Source of the DNA: Paecilomyces variotii
Lineage: Eukaryota
NCBI GenBank assembly: GCA_004022145.1
Contig: RCNU01000001.1
Strand: one strand, 5' to 3'
Length of the DNA stretch: 64,000 nt
Position 1 is the first letter of the stretch. Each line of letters starts with the position of its first letter. The notes under the pieces are model-generated. The model saw only the letters and a list, made by a program, of their open reading frames with translations, had not been told where the DNA came from and ran no database searches. Position numbers and translations under genes: made by a program. Positions 50,215 to 63,279 of this stretch are shown in pieces.

Positions 50215-52536
50215 TTCAATTCAATTCAATTCAGTATGATTATTACAGAGACCTAATGGTTCCGCGGCTACGGAATGCGGCTACAAGCTCAAAACAACTT
50301 TCCCATTCCGGGCACGCGGTTAACTAAGGTAAATGGGCGGTCCGTCTTGGCGGTTGCGCAGTTCCGCTGAATCAGCGTTTAATGAATCTCAACTGGATAT
50401 GGATAAGTTGACTTAATCAATTCTCTTCTTTTCTTAGTTGACTCTACTCCATCTCTGCCAGTCAATCCCGCGTGTCTGGGCATGTATCTAGGCAGATGAA
50501 AATGAAATCAGAATTTCTTTTCCACGCAGCCACAAAAGCGATCTCACATAGTATTCCATCTCGGCAATAATGCAGATCTAAAATTCTTATCGCCGCAGAT
50601 ACAGTAGTTACCAAGTTTTATCTCCGCCCGTATACCCGTATACCCGCATATCCGCAAACTGAATTATTGACGCCGGCTTGAAAAAGAAAAAAAAAAAAGG
50701 CGCCGTCTTAACCAGATAGTCAGTTAAGTTAAACGATAGCCAGGAAGAAAAAAAAAATACAATCCTTACAGATGTATTTTAATGCATATCCCCAACAAAT
50801 CCCGTCGCGCAGACACACGAACGGGTTCCCGCTATCAGATAGATTCTTTTCTTTTTCGCCTCACGCGTCTGTCTCCACTTTGTATGTCCTAAAAACCGAC
50901 GACGGCCTGCTCTAGATCCCAACCAGAGTAGAATAGAGTAAGCAGACTCCAGCGAGGCGACGTGCAGATTGGTAATGCGTATTTATTCTCTAGTCTACCA
51001 ACGTATGTACCAGCGTATGTAATAATGTATGGACTTATCCAGGGTCCACGAGCGCGCCTACTTAACTAGTTATCTATCTGGTATTAATAATAATAACAAT
51101 TCTAGGGTCTGGTTACGTAGTTAGTTAACTAATTCGATATAATTCTTCAATAATACCGGTAAGTGTTTCGATACGATCCGGAGAAAGTAGAGCATCTTAA
51201 CGTTAGGTAGACCACCGTACAGTCTAGATACTAAAGCTGGGCAGCAGCATCACGAGACATGTAGTACTTTTTCTTCCGCGGGTAATATCAATAATAATAA
51301 TAATTAATAGTGCGAGAAGGTTTACTCTAAATAGGCACTTTGCATTTCTCCCACAGTTTAGACCTTAGCTAATAGCTGAGTGCATGGATATTCGAAATGA
51401 TAGTAAGGAGAAGCTTACTGTTTATGTTCTTTCTTTTTTCTCTTTGAGCTTTGCTCCGTCTTATGTCAGAAAAGAAATTTATTCTGATCTCTTATAGGAG
51501 GTTGTAAACTAATATGAAGTACTTACTGTATAATTAGTTATATAATCTAATTAAAAAAATCCTAATCTATCTCTTAATCCTTTACATATATACTAACTGC
51601 TAGTTATCTCATTTATTCCATATATTATCAACTAATCCTCTTCCAACAAGTGATAATTATCAATTTCTGTCAGTGAATAATCTATGTACTGTTGTCTTCT
51701 ATCCATTCTAATAAACTCGGCTGCCTGCTCGAGCCTCGGACACCGGAGCTGTTACGAAGCGGTATCCGACGCTTGGACATTTTGCTCTGTCGGAAGACGG
51801 AACATGCAACTCCCCTGTCTTGGCGAGATTCTTGGTTTTCTTAGCTGAATTATGGTAATTATTATTATTATTCGTTCCCCTTTCGTATTGCTTAAATAAT
51901 GAAGGGGGGCTAGGCTAAGCTGAGCTGGGGTAAGTAGTTTAGATGGCGTTGGAACACTATATTTGATTATAGAGGATATATTGTGATAGTAGTTAAGTAA
52001 CTAGATACTGTATATCAGTTTTCAGTATAGAGATGAATTATTGCTTTAATCTAGTAGTAGTAGATTTAACAGAGTAGAGTTCTAATTGAAGATTTAATAC
52101 CCGCTCATTACTGATAATGGATACTTTGTCTGTTACACCGCTGATGCATATGGTACAGATATGATAGTTTCATTCATTCAACACAGACCGCATTTTCAAC
52201 GTCAAAGCTCAACTAAAACCCAGCGCAGAATCCCGCGATTAATCTAACGATTATACTATAGGACCAACAACTTATTCAATATGTATTTATTTTCCTATTC
52301 TATTCGACAATAATAACAGTCCATAATCACCACTGATTCCTGAATGATCGAGTGATCCTTGTACTGTACGGTCCGTCCGTTCTAGCCGTCGGACCCGCAG
52401 AAGTGTCAGAGTAACCGTCGCCTGAACCGGCAAAAACGGTCCGAAAGGAGTCGGTCGGTGTTAGATGAATGTCCGACGGCGACTTTTCTAGCATTTACTT
52501 ACCTACTACTACTCCAGACATGCTGTTGTTGTTCGC

Positions 52537-52564
52537 TATTATTATTATTATTATTATTATTATT
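52537..52564. repeat. (TAT)n microsatellite
   Basis: About 9 perfect units in AT-rich intergenic DNA. Confidence 0.85.
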
Positions 52565-55500
52565 GGTATGTAATAATGAATAACAATATTTCCTGCGTGA
52601 AAAAAAAAAAGGCGGGATCGTACCAGCGGTCTGGAGTCTGGACAAGGGAGTCAGCCTATGTAAATCCACACAATCAATCGTCTGACTATAATATTTTCCC
52701 ACTAGGGCGTTTTGCTACCTGGTTGTTGTTTCCCCGCACTTCCTATTTTTCTTTGTTTTTTTTTGTCTTTCTCTGTTGGGATAGAGCTCAGCCGAGGCTG
52801 GCTTACCTACTCTACTCCGTATACCGACATGAATAGCATAATACCTCCGATCCCTGTCGAGAATCCTGCACCCCGCTTTTTATTTTCTCTCTATCTTATT
52901 TCTTCCAGGATGGCATTTTTACCGCTGTGCAGGGTCTCTTGAGACACAAGAATTAATGAAAGGAATGTGCCGTTTCCGCTTGCCTTTAGCTTGAAGCATA
53001 GATAGACGCTTATTTTCTGAACTCACATTTCTAGTGTTTGCCAGGGGCGGCATAAGTATTATTAGTTAATACGGAGTACTGTAGTGCGGACATAATTATC
53101 ATTAATATTACTGCGGGAACCGGATCTACATATAATCAAGCTAGCGTCGTATTCATGACTATTGGTGTGTGTACTGTAATTTTTGTGCAAAGGCTGAAAG
53201 CCACGAGCGGACAGTGTAGAGTACTTACTGTAGAGATCATGATCCGGTAGTTACTTGATCTTAAAATTGCTTGTTGTCCAGATGTTCGAATGAGAGCCGA
53301 GTCAGCCTTCATCAATCGTGTTTTTCCATCTTCCTCGTCTCTATCTCTCAGCTTCGTGCCAAGATGTCAAATGCGGATAAGGACTCCACGCCCAGTTAGG
53401 TGATTGTACTCCCGGATACGAGCAACTAGCGGAAAGACGTTGGGATCAACGATCATAAGTTGAGACCACAGCAATGGAGGGAACATGTCCACGTTTACGC
53501 AGCTCCATATGGGATAAGCTGACCAACCTCGACAAACGTTCTTTTCCTATGGTAGTACTGTCAGCCACTGACACTGAGATTGGACATCAAATGGAAGGGA
53601 GCCACGAAGGTGCAAGGCTCAGCAACCGTAAGACCAATCCTACAAATCAGTACGGCCAAGATGAATAACGGAGATGGCCGACCCAAAAGAACGGAATCCC
53701 AAAGCCAACCCGATGCGAGATCAGATCCCATTATTATTCAATCGGTCTCTGAGTCGACCAGCTCACCAAGATCCAAGGCCGCCGTGACCGTATCTCGGCG
53801 ACTTTTGAGGCTTGGGGGCTTTGATGGCCACATAGTCTAATCATCATCATCAGCCATCATTCAGTCTTCGACTAGACTCGACCAAGCCCGTTCCCGTAAT
53901 GTATGTACTGCGTACAGTACGATGCTGCTAAAGCGGCAAAGTGACGCTGCGTATGGTATTTACGGTAAATACCCTAGAGTACATACATACCGGTCTCCAG
54001 TATCGTACATACAGTACGGACGTGTATTACTGCCCCTGCTAGCCCTGCGTCTTCTCTCCTCACCGTTATGCTTAGGTCATGTTGGAGAAAGCAGTCTTCA
54101 CTCCTTACATAAGACCGAAAGACGAACTGCGAGTTTCTAGAATCGAGGATCGTCGGCCGAAGCTACTAGGCGGAGTCATGTGGATATGACGAACACGCGC
54201 CGTTGGCCTTCACTCGCGTCCTTCTTGACGCAAAGATGCCCGTCGCTCCTTGTCAAAACAGGTTTCAAGTTCTGTTTGCGATATCTCTCCGCACGTGTGG
54301 ACGAGGCTGGCACTTATCTGGCGGTGCAGGGAGGCTGGTCAACTCTCGTGGCGCGATGATAAGGCTGGATTCTATCTGCCAGGGCAGCCTGCCGTTCAGA
54401 TGGCGACCCGATAATGGCTGTATTCATCAGTCTGACTACATTATTATTAGAACTGCATTCACGAGTTGGCCTTCAGGGCTATTTTGCAGAACATGGAGAT
54501 TCCTCGGTGCAGCAAAGCTATGTCCACCGTGATGTTGTAGATCATAGATTCTCGTCGTCAGCCCATGGCCCCTGCTTGGAACCACGATCTGTAGACCACT
54601 CGAGCTAGTACGGCTGTGGAGCGTAGCTGAAGGACTCGGGCCTGAAGATTCCATATTGCTCCTAAGACTGCCGTGTATAGCGATCACCAACGTTGTTATT
54701 GAACATTCACCGTACGGAAAGGTCCAATGATGGAGAGTCTCTTCCGCGCTGGCGCCAAGTGTGCCGAGCACCGCAGTCACTTGGGCCCTGAATTATTGAG
54801 TCTTCAATAATAATAAGTTACTCATTCCGCCATGCTTGGCGCTCAGGACCAGATCTATCGACTTTGCATCTCGGAGAGGACTCGGGGTTTTGTCGGTGGA
54901 GATGTTCTTCTCAAACATCAGCCATTTAAGCTTTTTCTTCGACGCTCTGTGCCTGTTCCAGCTGCTTCTAGCCTCAGGAGTAATAGTTTCTCCCCGGTTT
55001 AACTGCGTAGTTTGGAATCTTTGGATGGATCGTGAATTATGATCATCAGACTCCCTGTCATGCAAGCCGGGCATGGCGCTCGCGCAAGTCGTGCAGCCTT
55101 CGCAACCTTTTTCTGATCAATATTCCGAGCTGATGCCTGCGAGCGTTCCTGTGTATCGTGTATCTAGGCGTGTCAGCTAACTCAACTCGGGAGTTCACAT
55201 TAATATTTCACATCCACACCGGTAGTTGGACCCGCGTGATCTGCTTTGGCTGTCGTTATTCGATGCGGGGATGAAACTATGGTATGTCGCATCATTGACT
55301 CAAGCCTTAACGGGAGGGGCACGGTTGTGGCCCGTGTGGTATACCATGTTGGGTTATAGTATTTAATTAGCAGCCAGAGTGTGATGAAGATGATTGTTGG
55401 GAGAGAGAGTTGAACTGGTTTGTTTGTAGCTTCGGATAAAATAATGGCGGTGTCTCTTGGCCGGAAAGCCGAACGACTCACATGACGGGCAGAAAGTTCA

Positions 55501-55927
55501 GTAATTAATTAATTACTTAGGAAATTAAGTCAAATCAAGGAAAAAAAGACATACCATAGACAATAATCATTTTCAACTTCACTCTTGTCGTGATAGTCCA
55601 TCAAGATTCAAAAACAAACCGATTGTTGTCCGGCAGTGCACGTCTCCTAGTGAGCCCACCGTCAGATCACTTTTCCCTCCCTTTGCCCGGCGATATCTCG
55701 CTCCGCGTTTCGATCTCACGGACGATCTCCTCTAGATTGAAACACAGAAAAACAGTGAGAACTTCTGGAACGTCCCAAGACCCCAGACGAACGCTCTCGG
55801 TTTCCCTTTCCAGTTATACTCTCCGACCCCCTTCTGGGGACCCTCTTGTGCTCGTTTTCCCCTGACACGAAGTTGAAGAAAAGAGAACCAAAGAAGAAAA
55901 AAATCCGATTTTAAGCTATCAGGTACC

Positions 55928-57260
55928 ATGGCGTCATCCCACGGGGAGCTCCGACATCTGCTGCCCGAGTCTTACAAGCGTCTCATTGCTTCTTGGCTCG
56001 AGGAGGATTGTCCCAGCTTCGACTATGGTGGTTTCGTCGTTGGCGAGTCGGAGGGTGAGGCTCGACTTTTGGGGAAGAGTAAGGTACGATTTGATGAGTT
56101 GAGTTGATTTATTCTATTCGATGAGCTTTTATTAGCAGGACATCCAGTCTACACTTGCATTGATAACATTCAAGAGATTCAATTGGCGAGTGCACTGTCG
56201 CATACAATATAATGTCTCTTTCTCAGAGCTGTTACCCCTCCTCCCGCAATCTACCCCGCTTGACGTTTGAATAATACTATCGCGGCTCCCTTGGATATGC
56301 ATGAACAACACAGTATTTGTTTAACGTTATTTTCACACGCTGCATGAGATTTTTTCTACCTGTCTCGTGTACCCTGCTGATCTGGCAATCCGGAACGTAG
56401 GGCGTCGTCGCCGGTGTGCCCTTTTTCGAGGAGGTCTTTAAGCAGTTGGGCTGCACGTGAGTCAAGCCCATCCAGCCGGGTCATGAGGGGATGTATATCG
56501 TTTATCTCTTGCACACATGCTAAGATTGCCCAATATCAGCGTCGAATGGCACGTCAAAGAAGGTGAGACCATCGAACCGATCAGACAATGCGCCACCGTC
56601 CGAGGACCAATCCGCAAGATCCTCCTCGGTGAGCGAGTCGCGCTGAACATCCTCGCCCGCTGCTCTGGCATCGCGACCAAGAGCTCTTCTCTGGTTAACG
56701 CCCTCCGATCCCATGGCTGGAAGGGAACGTTGGCCGGTACGCGCAAAACTACCCCGGGTTTCCGCGTCGTCGAGAAGTATGGCATTCTTGTCGGAGGTGC
56801 CGATCCGCACCGTCATGACCTCAGCTCCATGACTATGCTGAAGGACAACCATGTCTGGGCTTGCGCCAACAAGAGCGGCTCCACAAAGTCGATCGAGTCT
56901 ATCGCAAGCGCCATTCCTGTTGCCGTCGACGCGGCCAAAGCCGCAGGTGGCTTCGCGACCAAAGTCGAGGTTGAGTGCCGCAGTATCGAGGAAGCCAATG
57001 CCGCCATTGGCGCTGGCGCCGACGTGATCATGCTAGACAACTTCACACCCGAAGGCGTGCGTGAAGTCGCGAAACAACTGAAGACCGAATGGGCCAGCAA
57101 GGGCAAGCCCCCGGGAACGTTCCTGATCGAAGTCAGCGGCGGGTTGACTGAGAGCAACGCAGCCACATATGCTTCTGACGATGTTGATATTCTGTCCACT
57201 AGCTCGATTCACCAGGGCACAGGAATCGTGGACTTCTCATTGAAGGTTTCCTTGCGATAG
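55928..57260 (+). CDS. BNA6: Nicotinate-nucleotide pyrophosphorylase (quinolinate phosphoribosyltransferase, NadC/Bna6); exons 55928-56083, 56401-56456, 56540-57260
   Basis: [61 protein letters not shown] and EVSGG motifs. Confidence 0.95.
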
Positions 57261-58561
57261 GTTCAGATGGTCTACGGTCATATCATCATCTTTCTTTTCG
57301 CACGCAATACCTAGGGAAAGGATCTCTGCGAATAAACTGGAACAAGCTATGCTTACCAAGAGTACGAAATTCGTGCAGCCATGGTGTAGCCAAAGAGGAA
57401 CAACTGGCCATATATAAAGAGCAGCAAGTCTAAGCAAAGATGTAAATACTAACTATGAAAAAGAACTATTCATTGCAGAACATTCATGAGTCTATTGCTG
57501 ATTTCACCTCGCGCTCATTCCCTACATTACAAATCAAGACAGAGAGTCTAATCTTTCTAACTTCTGACTTTTCTATAATAATTCGAAGTTTCTCTGGTGT
57601 AGAGTAAATATTTACAGCAATGCTGCACGTCTACATCCGTCGCACATCTCTCTCCCCACCATATCAACTCAGAAATGATACCAGGCCATCTCACAGAATC
57701 TCTCACACTCTCTCATGGGTATTATATCCCAATACTTTTCGTCATAATTGCTGGGGACATTATTAATATCTATCAACCCCATTATCGATATATTCTACTA
57801 TAGAATAGTGTTCCGCTGGATGTTCCGCTGGATACTCCGCTTCTCGCGGCGGAACTTTATACGCCAAGAAAGTCTCCCGCATCGTGGGAATCGGAAGGCA
57901 TCCCAAGATTAGTCTGGGTGTTAGTATGGAGCAGTTCTTTCTCTCTCTCTATCTCCCTCTCTCGCTCTCTCCACTCTAGTGTCAACGTGGTTGAAGATAT
58001 TTGGAGTCTTGGGCGTTCCCGCGTCCCCGCCCATGTCTCTCTAATATGTAGAACAAAGTTATCAGATATATCGCAGTAACCACGGGCTAGTAGGAAAGGA
58101 TAAACCTGAAAATGCAGATGGAAAACGAGCCTAGGATTTGAATTTTAACTTTACAAATCAAAAGTATTGAATGTGATGCATATATTAATATACCGTATCA
58201 TCCTATCCATCGTATCTTCTGAATCACCGTGTAATTCTCTACCCCGACCCTTGCCATAAAAAGCATACCCCGAAAGATAGAACAATGCCAAAAGATATCA
58301 CAGCAAACCGTAACACCAGCTTCAATGATCAATATTGAATAAAGGGGGAATATCGAAGTCATTTATAATACAACAAATAACAAAGCCCGAACCCATGATA
58401 AAGCAACCATGCCAGGTACATTTAAAACCATAGAATGCTGATAAACACACGCTCGAGGGATATATATATATGGAAAATTAGAATCTGATACTGAGATATC
58501 GTAACCCGAAACCCGCTGGGATGAACAGAGAGGCATCAACATTCAGACCAGAACCAGCAAC

Positions 58562-61500
58562 TTAAACCTCAATGTCGACGCATATGCCGGTCCCTTCAGA
58601 CTCGCTGTGGTCGTCGCTCCCGTGGAGGATATCCTCGGAGTCATCGTCTTCGTCCGTATGAGTCCTCGCCCGCGGTGTGATTTCACGGCGGGTCCTACTG
58701 CGAGTCGAACTGCGAGTTCGACGGATATCCTCTTCGGAAGACGCGCGGATCCGTGAGGCTTCTCTTCGCATCCGCTCTTTCTCCAGACGAGCTCGAAGCT
58801 CTTCGTTCTCTGCGTTGCGCTCCTCAAGGCGCTTGCGGGCCCCCTCACGGTCGAGCAGACGTGCCTCTCTTTCAGCCTTAAGCCTTCGTTCCAGCTCGCG
58901 AAGTCTTTGGATCCATTTCTCCAGACCAGGTTCGCTCAAACCCTGACTTTGGCCTCCGGAGTCCTTGTTGACCAATGTCGTGGCTGATGAAAAATTCGAT
59001 GGCTGAGGGATGCCTGTCGAACTCCTAGTCAGAGGCCTGTCGAACCGCGGCGGCGCAAGAGCCTCTACGTCAGTAGTGGAATGATGGCGGACCAACGAGG
59101 ACTGAATATGGTTCCTGCTGGTATCGCGAGGACTGGATCGGTCCGAGCCTTGTCCTGCCCCAGCAGTCGTAGCAACGGCCGCAGCAGAAGTTGACGTGCG
59201 GGACTTGGAGTGTGACTGAAGGAGGTTGAGCTCTGCCTTAAGCAGTCGGTTCTCGCCTCTGAGCTTAGATACCTCGGGAGAGGCACTTCCTGAATTGGAC
59301 CTTTGGTGCTGACGACTGCGCATACCCCTCACCGATTCTTCCAGCCGCTCGAGCCTCTTCATCTTCTGCACAAAATTGTGCTCGAGGGTCTGGTACTGCT
59401 TCGTAAGATCGCGGTCAATGGACTTAATGCGGTTCTTGAATCCAGCAATGTTGATCTCGAGCGTCTTGGCAGCCATGAGCAGATTCTTGCTGAATCCAGG
59501 CCAGAAGAGGATGTTACCAATTACCTCCTGGCTAGGTAGATTGCCATTGATGAGGCTGTGCGAATGTGACCAGTCGGGACCACACATCGAAGAGAGTTGT
59601 TTCCACAGAGTCAAGAACACGGTGTTGCGTTCATTTAACTGCTCCTTGAACGAATGCTCAATGGCGGCGAAGCGTTTGCGATCCTGGCTCCGTGCGGCTT
59701 CAAGCTCCGAGATCCGCGAATTGCTCTGAGATATCGTGCGCGAAGCTTGCTGATGAGACTTGAGAGATTGCTCCCAAGAATGCTTGTCAGCACGACGAGC
59801 GTGCCGCTCACGCTCCAAGAGGTCTGCAAGCTTGCGGGACTCGAGTCCCTGACTCTCCAGGAGAGCATCGCGGTGTTTAAGGAGCGTCTCCTTCTCGTCG
59901 AGCTTCGTCCGGATACTCTCCAGTTCAAGAGTGGTCGAATCCAGCTCTTTCTGCAGCTTGAAGATGTTGTTGATCAGACTCGACCTGGTTCCGTCAAGGT
60001 CGCCGAGGGCTTCGCGAAGATTATTCTCCAACTCCATGAGGCGATCCTTCCATGTGTTCGCCTCGACTTCGCGCGCGGAGAGATTCTTCCTGAGCTTCCG
60101 AATCTCCTCCTTGGAAGTTGACACCTCCTGGTTCAGTTCGTTCATGATTCTCTGTTCCTCCTGCTTCTCCTTGCTTCCGACAACTTCACGTTGATGTCTC
60201 TCCTCCGCCAGGCGTTGTTCGAGCTCCCTGGCCTTGTCCTTCTCGCTGTGCAGGCTTATTTGGCATGTCTTCAGCTCGGATTCGAGATCACTGATCCTGA
60301 TCTTGTCGCCGTCCTGCTCTTCACGGAGGAAAGCAATCTCGTTCTGGCTCGACTCGATCTGGACAGTCAGTCTCTGCACCTTGTCATTCGACTCGAATAG
60401 ACTCTTCTCAAGAGACTCAATCTCCCTGTTGGCATCATCCAGCTCCCGCTGAACCGCCTTGTACTTCTGGAGGTTGTTCTGCGCGTCTTCTTCAAGCCTG
60501 ATAATGCCTTCGCTCGCTGACCGCATCTCAGCTTGCAGTGCATTCAAATTCTCCTCCTGGTTCCTCAGTTCGACCTCAAGGCGCTGACACTCGTCGATCC
60601 GTTGCTCCAACTCTTCTCCCAAGGCATCCAACTCCTCCTGTGCCTCTGCCCGCAGATCTTCCAAATCAGCTTCGCGCTGCTCCGCAATCTGGTAGGCCTG
60701 ATCGCGCTCCTGCTGGAGAGTTTGGATTTCCTCCTCAGCCTGCTCCATATCGATTTGATACCCTTTATCGAGAGCCTCCAGCTCAGCCTCTGCATCATCC
60801 AGCTGAGCCCTGACGTTCTGGTTTTCGAGTTTCAATGCAGAAACCTGATCGCGGAGTTCACCGTTTTTTATTTCCAACGTTTCCGTATCACCGCCTGGAA
60901 TATCATTGTCACTAGGGTGCGACGAAGATCTCCCCTGGGCTCGGGACGCCGAGCGTTCAAATATACTGTCTCCAGCAATGGACCGACCATCACGGCGCGA
61001 CCCTAGCTTCAGCTCTTCAATTTCCTGATAGAGACGTTCTTTCTCCCGGTTCCGTGAGGTCAGCATCGATGTCTGTGCGCTGACTTCTCTCCGTAACTCT
61101 GCATTTTCTTGCCTCAGCAACTCCAGCTCCGCAAGGGCGTTAGTTGTCGAACCGGCACTGCGCTCGACATCGCGTTCAGAGCCTGTGGAGTAAGAAATGA
61201 CGGAACCAGTTCCGGTGCGTCGAAGTCCCCGAGCCGGTCGTCCAGAAATAGCGTCGGCTTTCATGCGTAAGACTTCGTCTCTGAGCCTCCTATTTTCATC
61301 CTCGGCCTGTTCACGTGCAGCCGTTTCGGCATCAAGCATATCTTTCCACATGTCCTGGATAGCAGGGTCAGCATCAGAGTATATACGATATCGTTATAGT
61401 AATGGCAACTGACCCTTTCCTCTCGAGCACCAGCATCTGAATCGACTTGTCTGCCCTCACCCAGAGACTTAACTATTTCTGCCAGCCGTCTCTTCTCGCT

Positions 61501-63279
61501 TTCCCTTGCAATGCTCTCGGCTCTAAGCCTCTCGATCTCGAGCTCATACGTTTCCATCCTTTCTCTGAGGTAGATGATCTCTTCCTCAGCCGGCGCACGG
61601 TTCTCATCATCGGACACCTCAGGATCATTGTTGACGACCGAGTCTTTGTCAGAAGTGTGCTCGCGGTCCTTAATTTCCTTCTCCAAGTCACGGATTCTCC
61701 TTCGCAGACTCTGATTATCTTTTTGTAGCTTCAATTTGTCAGACTTAAGCTCAACGTTCTCAGAAATCATCTCCTTGATGCCCTCCTCGGAGCGCTTATT
61801 GAGAGCCTCATTGAGGAAGTGAATCCGCATCTTGAGATCAAAATTCTCCTTCGAGAGCCTGTCGATCGTGCTGCTCTGCTCTTTCAAAGTCATGCCCCTA
61901 CCGCTTCTTCCAAAAGCAGGCGTAGGGGCACCAGGGTTCTTATCCGGAGACACTCTGCCCCCTTTACTTTCACGAAATTGCCTCACTGCAGTGCTCGGTG
62001 GTCGTAGATCTCTAGACTCTGCAAAGGCAGTGTCCGGACCAAAGTCCTGAGGTGCGGCCTTGGGTGTCACCGGTTCCGATATCTCATTCTTGGGATCTTT
62101 TACAGAGGATTGCGGTGATGGATTCTCTTCCTCGAGAGTGTGTAGACCGCCATCCGATACGCCGCTGGCAGCTCTCTTTTCCAACAACGAGTTTTCCTCA
62201 CTGTATCCTGAGACTCCAGAGGCCATGCTGCCTAAGCTAACGGTTCGAGCCAAGTCCTTTCTTCCTCGAGCTTGTAGATCGTCGTTATGGCCAGGTACGG
62301 CGCCTCCTGACTGAAGCGCATAGTCCATTCCCATTGTTGCATCGCTGTTCGTGTCGGTATTGGTGCTGGTAACAGACGAATAGGAGAATCGATGCGTAGA
62401 TTGACGACTTGTCAAGAACTTGGGTCTGTTGCGCCTCCTATCAACCACGGAGCCTGATGCACTGAGACTATCCCCTTCGTCGCCGCTTTTATTACTGAAT
62501 AATCGGGGCCCAGGCGACAAGCTCCTCCCTAATGATCTGTTCCTCGCTGTTGGGTCTAGATGATCTTCGGGACTCAGGAGGGGCGATCCAATGGCCGATC
62601 GATCTGGCGCATCATCGTTGGTCTCAGTGTTCTTCGAAGCGGTAGACAGGACCCTAGCAACAGCTCTGCTGGCGGCAGCCGTTGTAGGTGACGACGTGAT
62701 CGTCTCCAAGGATGTAGTATTGCCTTCATAAGGGCTGGGTGTAGCCTCCAGATCTGTAGTCTCATGTCCATCATGTTCTTCAGATGCTGCCCATCCCTGC
62801 TCCGCACCATTTCCTTCGTGTAATTCGACCCTGGCCGCAGGTGACGAGTGCACCCGGCTCGTATCTAAAGGGCTCGTTCCAGCATCGCCCGTCACTCCAA
62901 CCAGGTAGGTATCATCCGCGCCGACACTGGATCCCGGCGCAGCCATTCCCACCGTCGAGGGCTCTGGTAGAAAGCTCGATTCCATCTCCATGAGTTTTCT
63001 TCGCATCTCCCTCTCCTCCATCAATGTCTGATTGTTCTGGTGATCGTGGTCATCGTCCCGCGACGGAGAGAAGACACTGCTGCTGTCGTCGTGATCCATC
63101 GTGAGCGAGGGAAGCGGGAGAGAGGTTGTGCTATCATCATGCGTCGCATACTCCGCTGTCACACGGTCGTCTGTATGCTCGTTAGCGGTGTTGGATTCCC
63201 TGACGTCGCCGGTTTCCCCTTTGGCCGCAGCGTCGGTGGGATCCTGACCATGGTCCTCCCCTCGCGGCTCCTCCGCCAT
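58562..63279 (-). CDS. apsB: ApsB/Mto1-like MTOC gamma-tubulin receptor (CM1 motif, long coiled coil, C-terminal Mto1-type motif); exons 63279-61414 and 61354-58562 (about 1552 aa)
   Basis: CM1 motif TLKEQSSTIDRLSKENFDLKMRIHFL; extended heptad repeats; C-terminal KWIQRLRELERRLKAEREARLLD typical of ApsB/Mto1. Confidence 0.88.

Noticed and set aside
55060..55115. Relic Zn2Cys6 motif (KVAKA/CTTC/RERHAR in three different minus-strand frames)
   Set aside because: Needs several frameshifts within about 50 nt and the second Cys cluster is missing; indistinguishable from chance.
56090..56100. TGATGA box C suggesting an intronic C/D snoRNA
   Set aside because: Lies only 8 nt from the donor with no terminal stem; the only matching CTGA is the branch point about 280 nt away.
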